Positions 1 to 13,965 of a DNA stretch of 64,000 bases are shown here, in pieces (within the stretch, counting starts at the first letter, position 1; the number at the start of each line of letters is the position of its first letter). A model generated the notes under the pieces. It worked only from the letters and a program-made list of their open reading frames with translations, was not told where the DNA came from and did no database searches. The translations under genes were made by a program, and so were the position numbers. Source of the stretch: Octopus bimaculoides (lineage: Eukaryota); NCBI RefSeq assembly GCF_001194135.2, contig NC_068986.1, positions 38,984,524 through 39,048,523 on the forward strand, written 5' to 3'.

Positions 1-1198
1 CATTGCTGCATTTTTTGCTCATTCTGTATCTTTGTTTCAGAAAATAATAATGCCAGACCCTCAGCTTACTCTAGAAATGAAGAAGCATGCTGTTATTGTG
101 GTTATAAAGGCTGGGCTAAACAATTTAGAAATATCTTGATTTTTAAAAGTTGCCAGATCTTTTGTCTACAATGTTTGTAGGGAGCTAGAGAGTGAAGATG
201 GAAACATATCACCAGTATCAAAGCATAAAAAGCATTCTAAACGCTCTGAAATCATCGGGACACCTGAATTTATCCAGCAAGTTCAACAGACCATTGATTA
301 CAATCCCAGAAAGTCCATGAGGTCAATTGCAAAAGATCTCTGTGTGTCAGAAGGAACAGTCAGAAATGTCCTCGAAGACATCAGATATAAGTCTTATATG
401 ATGAGGAAAGATCAATTTGTTAGAAAAAGCAAAAGAAAATCACATCATCATATCTAAAAGGCTCTTAAACTGAAAAATCCAGCAGAAGATTTGATTTGGT
501 TTTTCTCAAACGAGAACAACTTTGACCAAGATCAAAAAGTTAACAGAAGAAATGACAGATGGTTATGTGCAGACCCTTCTGAAGTTCCAAGTGCTCTGCA
601 TACAAAATTTCCTGCAACTGTCATGGTTTTAGGGGTTGTCAACAATGAAAGACATGTGATGCCTCCTTACTTCTTTCCACAAGGTCTTAGAGTTAACTCT
701 GTTGCCTGCATTAGGGTCCTAGAAATAATTGTTAAACCCTGGACAGTGTATGCAATGGAAGGCCATATACATTTCAGTAAGACTCTGCACTATCACACAA
801 GGCTCTAGTAATACAGTAATGGATGACTGAAAATTTTCATGATCACATAACCCCTAACATTTGGCCTCCTAATTCCCCAGATATCAATCCGTTGGACGAT
901 TACATGTGGAGCATTTTTGAGAAAGAAGTCAATGAACATGCCCATAACACCAAAGATTCTTTCAAAGATGTCATAGAGTAATGTCCAAAATGGACCAGGG
1001 TCACTTGATTCAAGCATGTAGATAATGATTTAGTTCTCAAATAGAAACAGTTGTTGAAGCTGAAGGTGGCATTATTGAATAACATAATAGGAAAAAAGGT
1101 TTATTTTAATCCTCACAGTATTTTTTGACAAATAAAGTTATCTGTTATTATGTCTTTTTATGAACATAAATATGTCCTCAAATATCTTACGAACCCTG
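1..1198 (+). mobile_element. Tc1/mariner maT-type (DD37D) transposon, decayed, left end outside window
   Basis: Transposase remnants FSNENNFDQDQKVNRRNDRW and Q*DSA...WPPNSPDINPLD, with 37 residues between the second and third Asp by manual count. Right TIR ttacgaaccctg followed by TA. Confidence 0.9.
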
Positions 1199-1245
1199 TA
1201 AATATATAAAATCAAGTTCTTCTGTTTTTCAGTGTGTTGTGTATA

Positions 1246-1440
1246 TTGGGTTGGCAAGAAAGTAATTTCATTTTTTTTTAGTGTGAAATAAGTCTTTTTC
1301 TTGATACAAAAACTGAACTTTAATCAATTATATATTTTCCATTTCATTTGATGATGTTTTGCCATCTTTCTGGTAACTTCTTGATTCTGTGCATATTGAA
1401 TGGCAAAAATTGAAGAAAGTGCAATTTCAGGTCATCATTA
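1246..1440. mobile_element. Short mariner-derived fragment
   Basis: TA followed by ttgggttggcaagaaagtaattt (mariner-like TIR). The reverse strand encodes an IKKLPERWQNII-like transposase C-terminus. Confidence 0.55.
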
Positions 1441-1559
1441 TTGAAAGTTTTACCATTCAAAGAAGGGGTGGTGGTGGTAATTAAAAAAAAATTCCAGCAA
1501 TTGCTAATGAATATGCACATGGGTGTAGCTGCTATAAGTATGAAAGATGAGAAATTACC

Positions 1560-2200
1560 GAGAGGCTAATTGGCAGTCATAACTAATCTATAACCAGTTA
1601 TGAATAAAATCAAATACTTTCCACTATTTTGAAGATATCTGAAAGGTGCATTTATAAATAGAGATCTTTCAGCCAGTTCTATATAAGTTTCTTCAGCATT
1701 AAAACATTTTTTAATGAAATCAAAATTGTCATTATCAAATTTCACAAGAGACAATTTTAAAAAAAGCTGTCAGTATCAGTTTCTTACATAGGTACATGGT
1801 AATAACATTTGTATGGTAAATTGATCTGACAAGACAGTGAATCGGAAGAAATAAAAGTATTGCCTTACAGTATTTAATTATAACCCATTGTGGATCTTTT
1901 CTGTTTGGCTGCCACTTTTCAATTTCTTAAATTTTGTTCCAATTGATTTCAAATTTGGAGTGCTGATGTAGTTTTCTATGATAATTATTGACATGAAATT
2001 CATTTTCACCATAAATCAAATTAGAATTAATAGCTTTTAAAGTCTGCAAATTTTGGATAATTTTAGCCAATTGAAAGCTACAGACATATAGGTGTGTTTC
2101 CTTAGTAACAAGCCAAACATTGGCATAAAATGTTTTTACAAAATATTTAATTTGTTTAGTTTGTTTTTTTCTCCTCTCAAAACTAAAAAATGTAGTGTGT
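1560..2200 (-). mobile_element. Possible decayed family-B DNA polymerase (Polinton/Maverick-like) fragment
   Basis: CTYV(+1)ETDTDSFF at 1760-1796 resembles polB motif C. LKAINSNLIYG about 77 codons upstream resembles motif B (KxxxNSxYG), imperfectly. Confidence 0.4.
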
Positions 2201-5200
2201 AGTAATTTTTTGCTTATAAAATGCATAAAACATGTTATCGTTGCAATGTTTTGTTGTCTTATGACTGCAGTCATGCACAAAATGACAGATTCCAAATCTT
2301 GTTTTCTGATTAGGTAAAAATGATCAAACCATAATCTTTTTTTTTATTTTCCTGGAACAAGTGAATTAGGCCCCGAGATTCGTGAAAAATTACATCAATA
2401 CACCAAATTTGAAAATTTCAAAAGGTGCAGCCAACAGAAAAGACCCCACCTCACCTTGTTGTCATTAAATATATTGTTCAGTTAAAAGAAATTTAATGAA
2501 AAAGAAACAAAAAAAAAAGAGGGCCAGATCCTAGATAGTTGATGTTCAAAACAAAAATCTTTCCATAATGTTGACTATTATTCAATAAGTGTACTTTTAC
2601 AGCTTACATCAGTAAAGTTCGAAGGTCACTTTTAAAATGGCTCCCCACCCCACATAAACATAAAATACAAAAACCTGGAATATAACCTTCAGTGGTCCAA
2701 ATAATCTCAATTTTGAATGAAGCAGCAAACATGAAATAGCCCCATTTTTTTCCTAAGAGATGCAATAACCAAATTAAAATTTATGCTTCATGACTAATTG
2801 ATTCCAATAATAAAATTATTCTGGAGAACCTTTCTGATTTAGACCAGAATGCATTAACTACATACCACAGCTTAATTTAAAACAAAGCCTCAAATTGTCA
2901 GCTTAGAAACAGTGTATAAACCAAACAAAAGGCTAATAAGTAAATATAAAAAATCGTAAATAAAAATTTGAACACACAAAATAAGGAACAGCTTTTCTTT
3001 CAAGCAGATTTTAAAAATTTCTATCACTACATAATGCACACATATATTTATGTAACATTTAACATCTGCCTTCCATAAAATAGCATGGTTTGGATAGTTT
3101 GACAGGCCCTGACAAGTCAGACAATTGCACTATGCTACAATGCCCCTTCCAATTGCCAACCATATTACAAAGTGTACCGATGCTTTTTTTCTTTTTTTTT
3201 TTGTGGCACCAGCACTTGTGAGGTCATCATGTCACCCACAAAACTAAAGAAATCCCTTACCTAAGTGGAAGTATAGTATAGAAGAACAGGTTTTTGCAAA
3301 GTGGTGATATGTTAAGGCATGAAAGAAGAGACAGGAATAGATTTTTTGGTGAAGAGAAGATGCATGGCTACCTCACATTGTAGAAGGGTGGGTGAGAGTA
3401 ATTGGAGTGGTGCTGGAAAGAGATGATGGTAAAGAAGTGTGTCCTCAAGGAATAAGGAGATGAATAGAAGAGAGAGTGTGAGTGAAAGATGGTCCATAAC
3501 AGGAGTAAGGGTGAAGTTATTGAATAGTGAAGTTATATTGATTGTCCAAGATAACTATCCAATGAAGAAATTAAATCACTATAATAATAATTTTCTATGA
3601 TAATGGTGTGGACAAAATTATATGTTGTTCACATCACAGATTGCATCACTTAAGATTGTTTACTATGACATGCAAAATAATGAAAAGTACTTTCTGTTTA
3701 TACATATTTGCTTCTGCATGCACATATACTTCTTAAAATTTTGTTTCAATAACCCCTTATAATAGGTAAAAATACAAAAGTGTTCTATGACCATCTGGTC
3801 AATATAACATTTAATATATATTCTTTTACTGATATCCATCATTGGACTGCTGCCATGCTGGAGCATCACCATGACTTTAGTTGCTCCCAGTACTTTAAGT
3901 TTGCTACTTATTTTATTAACTCTAATTTGCTGAACTGTAAAATTATGGGCCAAACAGAGACACAAATATACACAAATGACAGGCTTCTTTCCATTTTCTA
4001 TGGTTTCATTCACAAGGCATTGGTTGACCCAGGACTGTAGTATCAGACACTTGCCCATGAACTCAAAGAGGGATCAAACTTGAAGCCATGCAGTTAAGAG
4101 AACATTTTAACCGTTAAGTGATGCCTGCATCTATTTATTTATAAAAACACACACATATATATATTAGAAGAGGGACTCAGGAAGATATGGGATGAAGTAT
4201 TGAAGGCTGATCTCAAAATGATGAACCTTATGAAGGAGACGACAGAGGACCAAGATATGTGGTGCATCACTGTACTGAAGACCCACCCACAACAGAATTT
4301 AGATCCTAAAACCAAGGTGCCACATAAAAAGCACTGGTGATGGTGCCATGTAAAAAACACCCAGTCCAAATTAGGAAGGGCACCCAACCATAGAAACCAA
4401 ACCAAAACAGGCAATGGGAGTTGGTTGGCCCCTGGCCTTGACAGTTCCTGTCAAGCCATCCAACCCATGCCAACATGGAAAACAGATCTTAAATGATTAT
4501 ATATGTTAAATTAGTTGAAATTATTTAATACATTATGCAATCTGCATAAAGAAATATCTCCTTTCATCTTAATAGGTTAAACCATATATATTGCACAATT
4601 TTTTTTTTCTCAATTAAAAAACAATTACCAGATTCTGAATGTCTGATGTTCAGGACAAAAATCCTTTCTTAATGTGGCATTGATCAATAGAGCATTCTTC
4701 ATTGTGTAACTCTACATGAACTAATGTTCTTTGTGATATCAGTTTTGAAAGGCATCCGAAATTTCATTTTTTTTGGTGGTGGGTTTTGGAGCATGGCTAG
4801 TTACTAAATAAGGAACAATCATTTTAAACTTAGAAATCAAATACATAATTAGAAAATCCCTCCAAAATTCCACTTTCATTTGCTCAACCATTCAGATGTC
4901 TTTCATGAGATTTCACATCTACTGTAAATCAGATCCAATATTTAGGTTGGAGTTGCTGCCATGGTAGACACCTGAAAACAGCCGGAAATAATGAAAGTAG
5001 ATTTCATCCCGCTTGCTAATCAATAGGTCCAAAGATCTAATCTTTGTAGGTGACATGTGACCTAGTTCCAACTCAAATATGATCTACTCTAAACAAAGAA
5101 ACCAGTGAGTAGAGCCTTTTGAATGGTTTTATAATAGAGGAACCACGTAACTATACAAAGGAAATGCTATTGCCAGTATAATTATTTGGAGATGATTATA

Positions 5201-5574
5201 ATCTAGATCATTACCCATATAATTAAAAGCTTTACCACGTAGATAAAAGTTTGTATACTAAGGTTGAGAAATTAGTCCTATTTTTAAGTTACATCATTTT
5301 TCATCAGTGTAATTCATTTATTAAAAAAACAGTAGTAGGAAGTTGATGCTTATTGAAGCTGCATTTATAAATTAATTTCTAATCCATTGGTATGCAATGA
5401 GCTAATATATTCAAGAGAAGATAAACAACAAAGACTGATTGCTAAATGACAGGAAAGAAAATAAAAAAAGTTCACAATTAACTTCATACTTTGTGTATGT
5501 ATGTGTGTATAACATCGGTTTCAATCACTGAACTATGTCTAACATACTAGCACCACCTGGAGTAGTTCTTTAAA

Positions 5575-5670
5575 GTCAAGATCTGGGATCTCACAGTACA
5601 TTTGAGCAGGGAGTAGTTTACTGTCAAGATCTGGGATCTCACAGTACATTTGAGCAGGGAGTAGTTTACT
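5575..5670. repeat. Exact 48-bp tandem duplication
   Basis: gtcaagatctgggatctcacagtacatttgagcagggagtagtttact occurs twice, at 5575-5622 and 5623-5670. Confidence 0.95.
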
Positions 5671-6379
5671 GGAATGTATTCAAGTGTTGGCTTGTCCAGC
5701 TACCATTTGAATGTTATAAAGTCTTTTTCCCCCCTTTGATCTCTTTTAGAATAATGTTAAATAAAGCAGGAAAAATTGAAATAAAAACTTATGTGATGTG
5801 AACTTGAATGTCAACAATGATGACAAAAAATCATAGCAAACACACATAACAATGGTATTCTTAATGACATCAGAAATTTTTATATATTTGCTAATAATTT
5901 AAATGACTCATAGTAGCAAATGTAGTAAGTGTTAGAGATTGTATAAATGATGGCAAATTTAATGAAAGGGAATGTAACCATGTGTGTAAATCTTCCAGTT
6001 GGCAAAGCATGGCCCAGCTTTTCTTATTCCCCCCAGACACAGAAGCTGTCAGATTGTAATGGACCAACAATTAAGCAGCTTCGTTACTAAAAATACTCTA
6101 CCTCATCCTGTTGGTTCCAAAACCTTAGGGCAACTACAAATATAAAATGAAAAGCAGGTCTAGTGAGATTGTAGAGACGCTGAAGTAGAGATGAGTTGAT
6201 GTGTGCAGGAAAGGATCCTCAACTAAACTCCTCACAGGCAAGAAACAGCAGTAAGTACAAATTTTTCTGGATATTGAACAGTAAGAACAGAGTTGGGGTA
6301 GACATACTTAGCTGAGAATCAGACAAAGAAATTGAGGTAGTTAGGGTGTAGGATAGGATAAGATGAGGCTAATTACTAG

Positions 6380-7290
6380 TTTCAGTTAAAAGTTCTTTTC
6401 AAATTTTTACAGATGATTTCTGGCAACTCGTATCTCTATGTCATATCATTAATTTGATATAACTTAATGTCCAGTTGTTGCTGAATTGTTTATTCTTTAT
6501 TTTACAACTTTGATAATGAGTGGTGAAATTAGAGTCATTTTATTCTACTTGTGAAAAAAAAAGACTGAGTGCAAGAGCAGTGACAAGAAATTAATGATGT
6601 GGAAGGCCCAGGAACTGTAGTGAATGTTTGGCACAAAACTAGTTCAGATGCTTCAAGGAAAGTAACCCCTGCCTTGAAGATAAACCAAAGTCAGAGAGAC
6701 CTTCTATTGTGGAAGGAGAGGCTTGGTTTGAAATAGTTAACAGCCAAGCATGAGCACTTGTACACTGTCAGCAGAATTTCAAAGGGGTGTTGCACTTTGA
6801 GCATGTCCCAGATAGTCATGCTGTGAATACTAACCATTATGCTCAACAACTGCAGTGAGTATCTGACGCTCTGAAAGCCTGCTACTGCCATTGGTCAATT
6901 GATGTGTAATTCTACAGTATGATGATGCCCCAGCACACACTGCCAATGTAACCAAGCACAAGGTTGAGGAATTTGAGGGCTGGAAGTGCTGCCCCACCCT
7001 ACCTGAGGTCCAGACTTTGCACCATCAGATTACCACCTTTTCTAAGCTATGGCTTATATTCTGCATAGACAGAGGTTCAACAATGTCAAAGTTGAAAAGA
7101 GGTACAGAGAGTGTTTTGCCTCTAAACTAGCTAAATGGTATAAGCATGGAATTAAACTTCTGACACAATGATGGCAACAGGCAATGAAATTTGATGGGAT
7201 ATATTTTGATGAATGAACGTTTTTCATGTTATTTGTGTGAACTACTAAAGCTTGAGATACAAAAAAAAACTTTTAACATAACCTGGTATA
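6380..7290 (+). mobile_element. Mariner remnant with internal deletion
   Basis: Decayed DxAPAHTA...EVLPHP...PDFAPSDYHLF motifs near 6920-7045. Ends approximate. Confidence 0.75.
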
Positions 7291-7329
7291 GACAACTCAA
7301 AAGCAACATCTCAGCATACATCTTACAGG

Positions 7330-8660
7330 AAGAACTACCATAAGATTAATAAGACAGCTTCTATGATATTCATTTGCAGGTTACCATAATTGACAACTTC
7401 ATTATTGTAAGTAGCAACTTCAATGGATATGTTGGCCAACATGATGATGGCTTCTGTGACATACATGGACATACAGTTCAAGAAATCTAGAAAGTGTAAG
7501 GCTCCTCGAGTTCTGTGATGCAAATTATCTAACAATTTGCAACACACTCTTTAAAAAAAATTAGCCAAGCACCACCTCATCTACCAAATTGACATACAAA
7601 CAAGTCAGATTACATTCTCAATGAGAAAATGGACAGAAGGGATATTATAAATCCCTAAAGCTTTCTTGAAGAATACACTACACAAAATAGATTAGGGGCT
7701 AAGTGATTTAAGTCATAGCTAGGCAGACACAGAAACAGCAGACAGGATGGAGAAGGAAGAAATGATAAACAAATCTAACAGTTGAGAGCAGGTTATGAGA
7801 AATTGTAATTGACGCATACGACTGCTGAGAGAGATCTAGAAAACTGTAGCATAAATAACAACTGGGTATTTCTACAAAATAATACACTTAGTGCTACAGA
7901 TCAGATGTGGTTGGAGCAAAGATAATGTGATGGAATGATACTGTTGATAGGGCAGTAAAGGCTAAGAGACCAGCTTAGAAAACCAAGGATGGTGGCAGTA
8001 GGGTACATTGTTGAATAGAAGAGTAGCTAAAGCAGCAAGCTGGCAGAGACGTTAGCACGCCGGGCAAAATGCTTAGCAAGATTTCATCTGCCGCTACGTT
8101 CTGAGTTAAAATTCCGCCGAGGTCGACTTTGCCTTTCATCCTTTCGGGGTCGATTAAATAAGTACCAGTTACGCACTGGGGTTGATATAATCGACTTAAT
8201 CCGTTTGTCCCCTCTGTGTGTAGCCCCTTGTGGACATTAAAGAAATAAGAGGAGTAGCTAAGCGACAGGCATATTTAGATAAGGGTGAAGTGTAAAGGAA
8301 GAGATGTGTACATGACCTACATGAGGATCAGTGGCATGATGTGTTCAGGATTGCAAGACAGTAAGTCATTGGCAAGAAGTGTATTCCAAATAATGAAAGC
8401 TTGCTTGCCAACAATGTGGAAAACAAGAAAGTGGCATGTATGGAAGTACTATTAGGAGAGTGCTGCATGGAGAATACATAAGATAAACTGCATCAAAAGC
8501 AAAAGGTAATGCCTTAGAGAGAAGCAACTATAGAGAAATCAAACTATTAGATCAAGCTATGAAGGCCACAGAGAGGGACTCATAGCACAATTTATCTGTG
8601 ACAGAGTAGACCTAGATGAGATGCAGTTTGGATTTGTGCATGAAAGAGTCCCATAGATGA
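7330..8660 (+). mobile_element. RTE-type LINE fragment (AP endonuclease to start of RT), decayed
   Basis: Remnants resembling DFNGHVG, RLLEFCDANYLTICNT and LDEMQFGFV. Interrupted by a SINE at 8031-8251. Confidence 0.75.
8031..8251 (+). mobile_element. tRNA-derived SINE (family B) with 10-bp TSD
   Basis: Head agctggcagagacgttagcacgccgggc with a gagttaaaattcc B-box-like motif. TSD gagtagctaa at 8021-8030 and 8252-8261. Related copies near 39280-39460, 43330-43540, 55960-56140, 57430-57630, 58260-58420 and 63900-64000. Confidence 0.85.
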
Positions 8661-9694
8661 AAACTTCCCAGGGAGATTTTGCTGACTTTGTGACTTCATC
8701 ATCGTTTTTATTCTTTTTGTTATATTTAAATTTTTATATTGAAATTTTCGTGCATACTTGGGATACTATTTTTGAAAGAATATCTCAAGTTATCTGTACA
8801 TTTCATAGTGAAAAAGCTGCAAAAAGGCTAGGAAAAACTTGAACAGATGACTATTTACATTATTAAATACTAAATCTTTTCTGCAATACTGCAGATTTTT
8901 GCTATAATCTGACCACAAGTGAATATACTAAAAACATTTGAATAAACAAATCCATTATCACTTATTTTCTGCCCAATCATTATAGAACTGATTCACTAAT
9001 TTTAAAAATTCTAAATGGTATGTTAAAAGTAAAAAATGAGTCATATTACTAGAAAGTGTTCATTGGAGAAAGATGTGAACAAAGTCTGTAAATAGGAGAA
9101 AAAAGAAACTGATGAAAACTGTCCATCTTTGCTCAGCTCATTTGACCTATCATATAAAACACCTTGGTGCAACTGATATAGAATGTGATGGAAAAGATTT
9201 ATACAAAATAACAAAATAGTAAGTTTTAGTCGCTATCAAGTGTCACAAATACAACAGATGAACTTATCTTGGCCAATGTCGTTATTTCAGGAATTTGAAA
9301 CAATGGCTGTGAAGTTTGAGAAGAGCAGCTGATCACATGCACAAAGTTCATATTTCACTTGTGTCATTGCTTTATGTTCCTCAACAAGGAACTTAATTGC
9401 TTGCTCCAGCTGATTGGTCTGAACAAAAGCTGAAAACTCCACCTCACTTTACATCTGAGTAGTTAGTGTAAGATAGTGTGAATGATGAGATAAAGATGAG
9501 CTGAGAGATAAACAGGAGGAATTAGTTGTAGAGTGCAAGAACAATAATTGCATTAGTATGGACATGTGTTGACTTTGGTGAAGCTAAGTTCACTATTCAG
9601 AAATAATATTTTCAGATATTTAACCATGGTCAGGCAAAACAGTATAAAAGGAAGTAACAGTACATACAACAATCTTGAGTGAAAAATGAACTTA

Positions 9695-9895
<201 letters not shown>

Positions 9896-12559
9896 TTACT
9901 TAAAAAAACATTTTTTAAAAAAATGATTCTTTTGAATTGATATACATGTAAGATATATATTTCTGTTAATTGGCTAAGTTATAAAGTGACTCAAGTGCTG
10001 TGAGTTTTGTGAATTGGCACTTGAACTGATTACAAATTAGGGGGACTTTGTTGATAAAAAAAAAATCAACTGAAATGACAAAATATATCTAAAACATAAC
10101 CATTTTGTTGCAGATTAAAAACTATTTACTTTCAGATATCAAAGTACCCTGATAACTTTAAATTCTTGAGTACTGCAAGTCATCAATTCTATGGTGATAA
10201 GAGTTGTATGATATTGTTTAGGCTTTCTATATTGGAGTTGATATATTAGGCATTATTTAGGTGTATGTGTATACACTTATGATTTATAAGCTCCTTAATT
10301 AAAGAAAAGACTTGCTACTTTTTTTCATGAGCCATAGAAAATAAAGAGGGCACTAAAAGAAACAAAAATAGATTATGTAAATAGAATGTGGAATGAATAA
10401 TTTACAAGAGTTGTGATTTGGATTAATAGAAGCTACAGTAAAAATAAAAACAAAAAGCATGGGCTAGGATCCAAAGATAGTCAGTAAAAGAAATTTTGCC
10501 AATAGATTAATTTTCCTTTCTTATTGTCAAGCTTAGAACAGTGGCAAGGAATTTCTGGTTATTTATAAACAATAGAATTTTATAGGACACTAAAATAATC
10601 TGGACAAAATAAACCAAAAAGGTTCTAAAATTGTAACTGTTCCATTGCCAACAATAACTCTCAATCAACAGTTAAGCCACAAAATTATTCTACAAGACTG
10701 CTGAGACCTCCTTCAGTCATGACTGACCATGGGATTGCATCTAGAAAGTTACCCTCCGAGGCACAAGTCCGGGCAAGGTTGTTTATGGAAGACCAGCAGC
10801 CACCCATGCATACCAGCCTCCCCTCTCCATGCCACTGATGTTATCCAAGAGAAAGGCAGCCACCTGAATTCATATATAATTACTATTTCAAATTATACCC
10901 AAGCCTTGCTTGGCATACTTTAAATCTACAACTATACCAGCTTTCAATATTGTAATTTTGATTAAGTTTCTTGGCCCTCTACCTTAAGTATGTTAGCACC
11001 CACTTTTTGATGGTAATTTCAAGTTGCTGAAAAGGCTCTCATGAAATTTACTTTCACTTAAATAACTGAAATGACCCATCTCAATAGAAACCAATTCACT
11101 TATTACCACTCCTCTTTAAAGGAAAGTTGATATTTTGAGACAATGTTATCTAGTTATAATAGCAGAAGGATTAAGAACTCTGATGGGGGTAAGGATCTTG
11201 ATTTCATAAAGCACAAGGTCTGTTTTACAGACAAAGGTAAATAAAAAAATTACCCACTTTCTTTTCACTAGATACAAGGCCTTTTTGTAGAAGATGTTTA
11301 TTGCTGATTGAACAAACCTACAAGCAGCATGAAAGCAAAGTCAACCAAAGCCTAATATGAAGTTAGAACTTCAATGCAATAAACAAGATGCACTAAAGTA
11401 CCTAGTTAAGCACTTTGTCTAGACCAGTTCCACCACTCTCTTTTGAGTAGGAATATTAAATTTTAATTTGTTAAGTCACAGGAATGAAGTAATTCCATAC
11501 AGGTATGCTATTTTAAGCAGAAATTAAAACTGATAAAATGAATGATGAAAGTACAGAAAATTTAACACTTCATTATGAATTTTTCATAAGCTTTGTACTT
11601 CATTAAATATTTCAGATAACACTAGATATGTTCCTCATCTCTCAATCATTTTGTATAACTATTATTATTGCAGCACACATATCAATTTTGATCTTGTTTT
11701 CTTTAACCTGCTACCTATTTCAAATGCTTAAGTTTCCAAGTACGTTCAAAAACCTGTATTCATAGCCTCTATGTCTAAATATGTATAGCTCAGGGCCATG
11801 TATCTTGAATACCATTTCTTCTGCTTCTTGGATACTGTTTAGCACAAGTCAAATGGCTTTGCAAGTTGGAAACAATAGGCTTCCAAATAACACTATGTTT
11901 CAGTAAATAGAATGTAAAAAGTTAAAATTAACATTGTTTTAGATGAGAGAGAACTCCTTATCAATTGTATATAAGAGTAACTAAACTCACATAACTAGCA
12001 ATTCAATACCAAATAGCTAGTCAAAATTCAGATCCAACTCTATAGTGCTGAAAGCAGGAGCATCTAGTTGCTAAGCCAGCTAGAAATGGCAGGCGAAACT
12101 TCCTCAAATCACACCCTACCACTTTGAAAGGAAAAGGGCAGGAGTACAATGCCTTTGATCATAGGGTTGCTTGATCAGGCAATTTGAGTCTAAACAATTA
12201 CAACAGAAACCACAATTTAACAACATTCTGAGTAAACTAGAAAGCAAAAATATAATCATAAAAGAATTTGTAAATATTTTATAAAATATTTTGTATTCAT
12301 TTTCCCCAGACTAAGTATATAAAAAGTGCACTACCCAATCACATAACTCCGGGTCTAGTCTCACTGTGCAGCACCTTGGGCAAGTGTTTCCTACTACATT
12401 TCTGCTAAGCAAAGTTTTGTTTGCCTGTATAACAGTAGCACTTGAGGCAAGCTTCTTAACCACACAGCCATGTCTTACCAGTTTAATCTCCAATGATCTG
12501 ATAATGCAACAGGTTGTACTGGGTTACATGTTATCACTAGAACACTCAAGCAACCTCTT

Positions 12560-12592
<33 letters not shown>

Positions 12593-13399
12593 TACATGGT
12601 AGCAGATTGACAGTTGTCTGAGTGAACAGAACACTGCAGTATTTGCTTCAATTTACTGCACCCTGAGTTTAAATGCTGCTGAAGTCAACTTCCCATCTTT
12701 TCTAGGTTGCTAAAAAAATAGCAGCCCAAGGTGGTGGATTGGTAGAAATATAAAAATGCTGGACTGGATATCCTGCAGTATTCTGTTTCTTTGCATTCTG
12801 AACTCAAATCCCACTATGACCTATATGGGTAGTAGATTTAACTCGCTACATGGCCTAGTACCCACCACCACCTAATAGCCTGAATACCTTTAGTACAGTT
12901 CACTGTGGTATGCATCCAGGCCAAGTTTCCTGATTGAGGATATTTTCCTTGCTGGCTCCCTCTCCCCATATTCTTGACACCCCTGTCACTGGCCATGGGT
13001 ACTGCCTTCCCTACTGACTAAAAAGATTTTAAAAATGAAAAAAAAAAGCCCACCCATGCACACACACAAATACACAATTATAGATATATAAATGTATAAA
13101 CACATTTGTGTGGTGCAGTATATAGGGCACAACATAAGCAATATTTACATGTTCCTTTATATTTTGAAAGATGCATTTGTTAGGAGAAATCAAATTTTGA
13201 AAAATAATTTAGTTCTTTTAATTCAGAACATAGGGTACATATAGAAGAAGCATGTTGGTATGTTTATTTAATATATCCTTATATGTCTTTCATTAATGAT
13301 CAGATGTTTTGCAAGGATATACCTTAATCTGATTACTTCAAAAATCAGAGTTAGTACAAAAAACAAAATATCAGCCGCAGTAATATCCACAAGATCTTA

Positions 13400-13965
13400 A
13401 GACTGCACTGCATGCCCTAAAGGGATTTAAAAATTTTAACACTGAAAATTTGTCAAAATCTTTTGAACAAATTACCTTGTTCAATTTTCAATGAATACCT
13501 AAAACTCTCAGATGCAATAGAAGACCTTTCTAATCTCCCTTTTCATCCTGTTGAAAAAATGTTTGAAAGTCATGCAATTTTGAAAATGTAGTTTTCTTTC
13601 TGTCCTCCTCTCTTATCTGTCAATACCTCTATCAATGTTGTCATCTTTGTAAATGATGTTGCTTAACAATCAGCTGATCTGATGGTTGAATTGAAACTGA
13701 CCTCAAATAGAAAAGCACTAAATCTAAAAACAGAAGCAATTTAGTCTTTCATAAAAATATTTTGTCTACACTGTAGAGCATCTTTTCTGTATTGAAGAGA
13801 AAGTTTACCAACAAAAATAGAACAGGAGAAAAAAAGAGTTTATGGGTTAGCTCTTATGTCAATTGAAAAAGATTTACTCAAACTAATTAAAGCAGATTTC
13901 TCAGAGAATATAATAAATATACTTGCCCTGAAAGATTGAAGAACTGAATTAATTTATAAATGAAG
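13400..13965 (+). mobile_element. hAT transposase C-terminal (dimerisation domain) remnant
   Basis: SIFSVLKR...RVYGLALMSIEKDLLKLIKADFSENIINILALKD*RTELIYK* resembles the hAT ERSFS.LK...RL.GLAL.SIE motif. Left end approximate. Confidence 0.6.
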
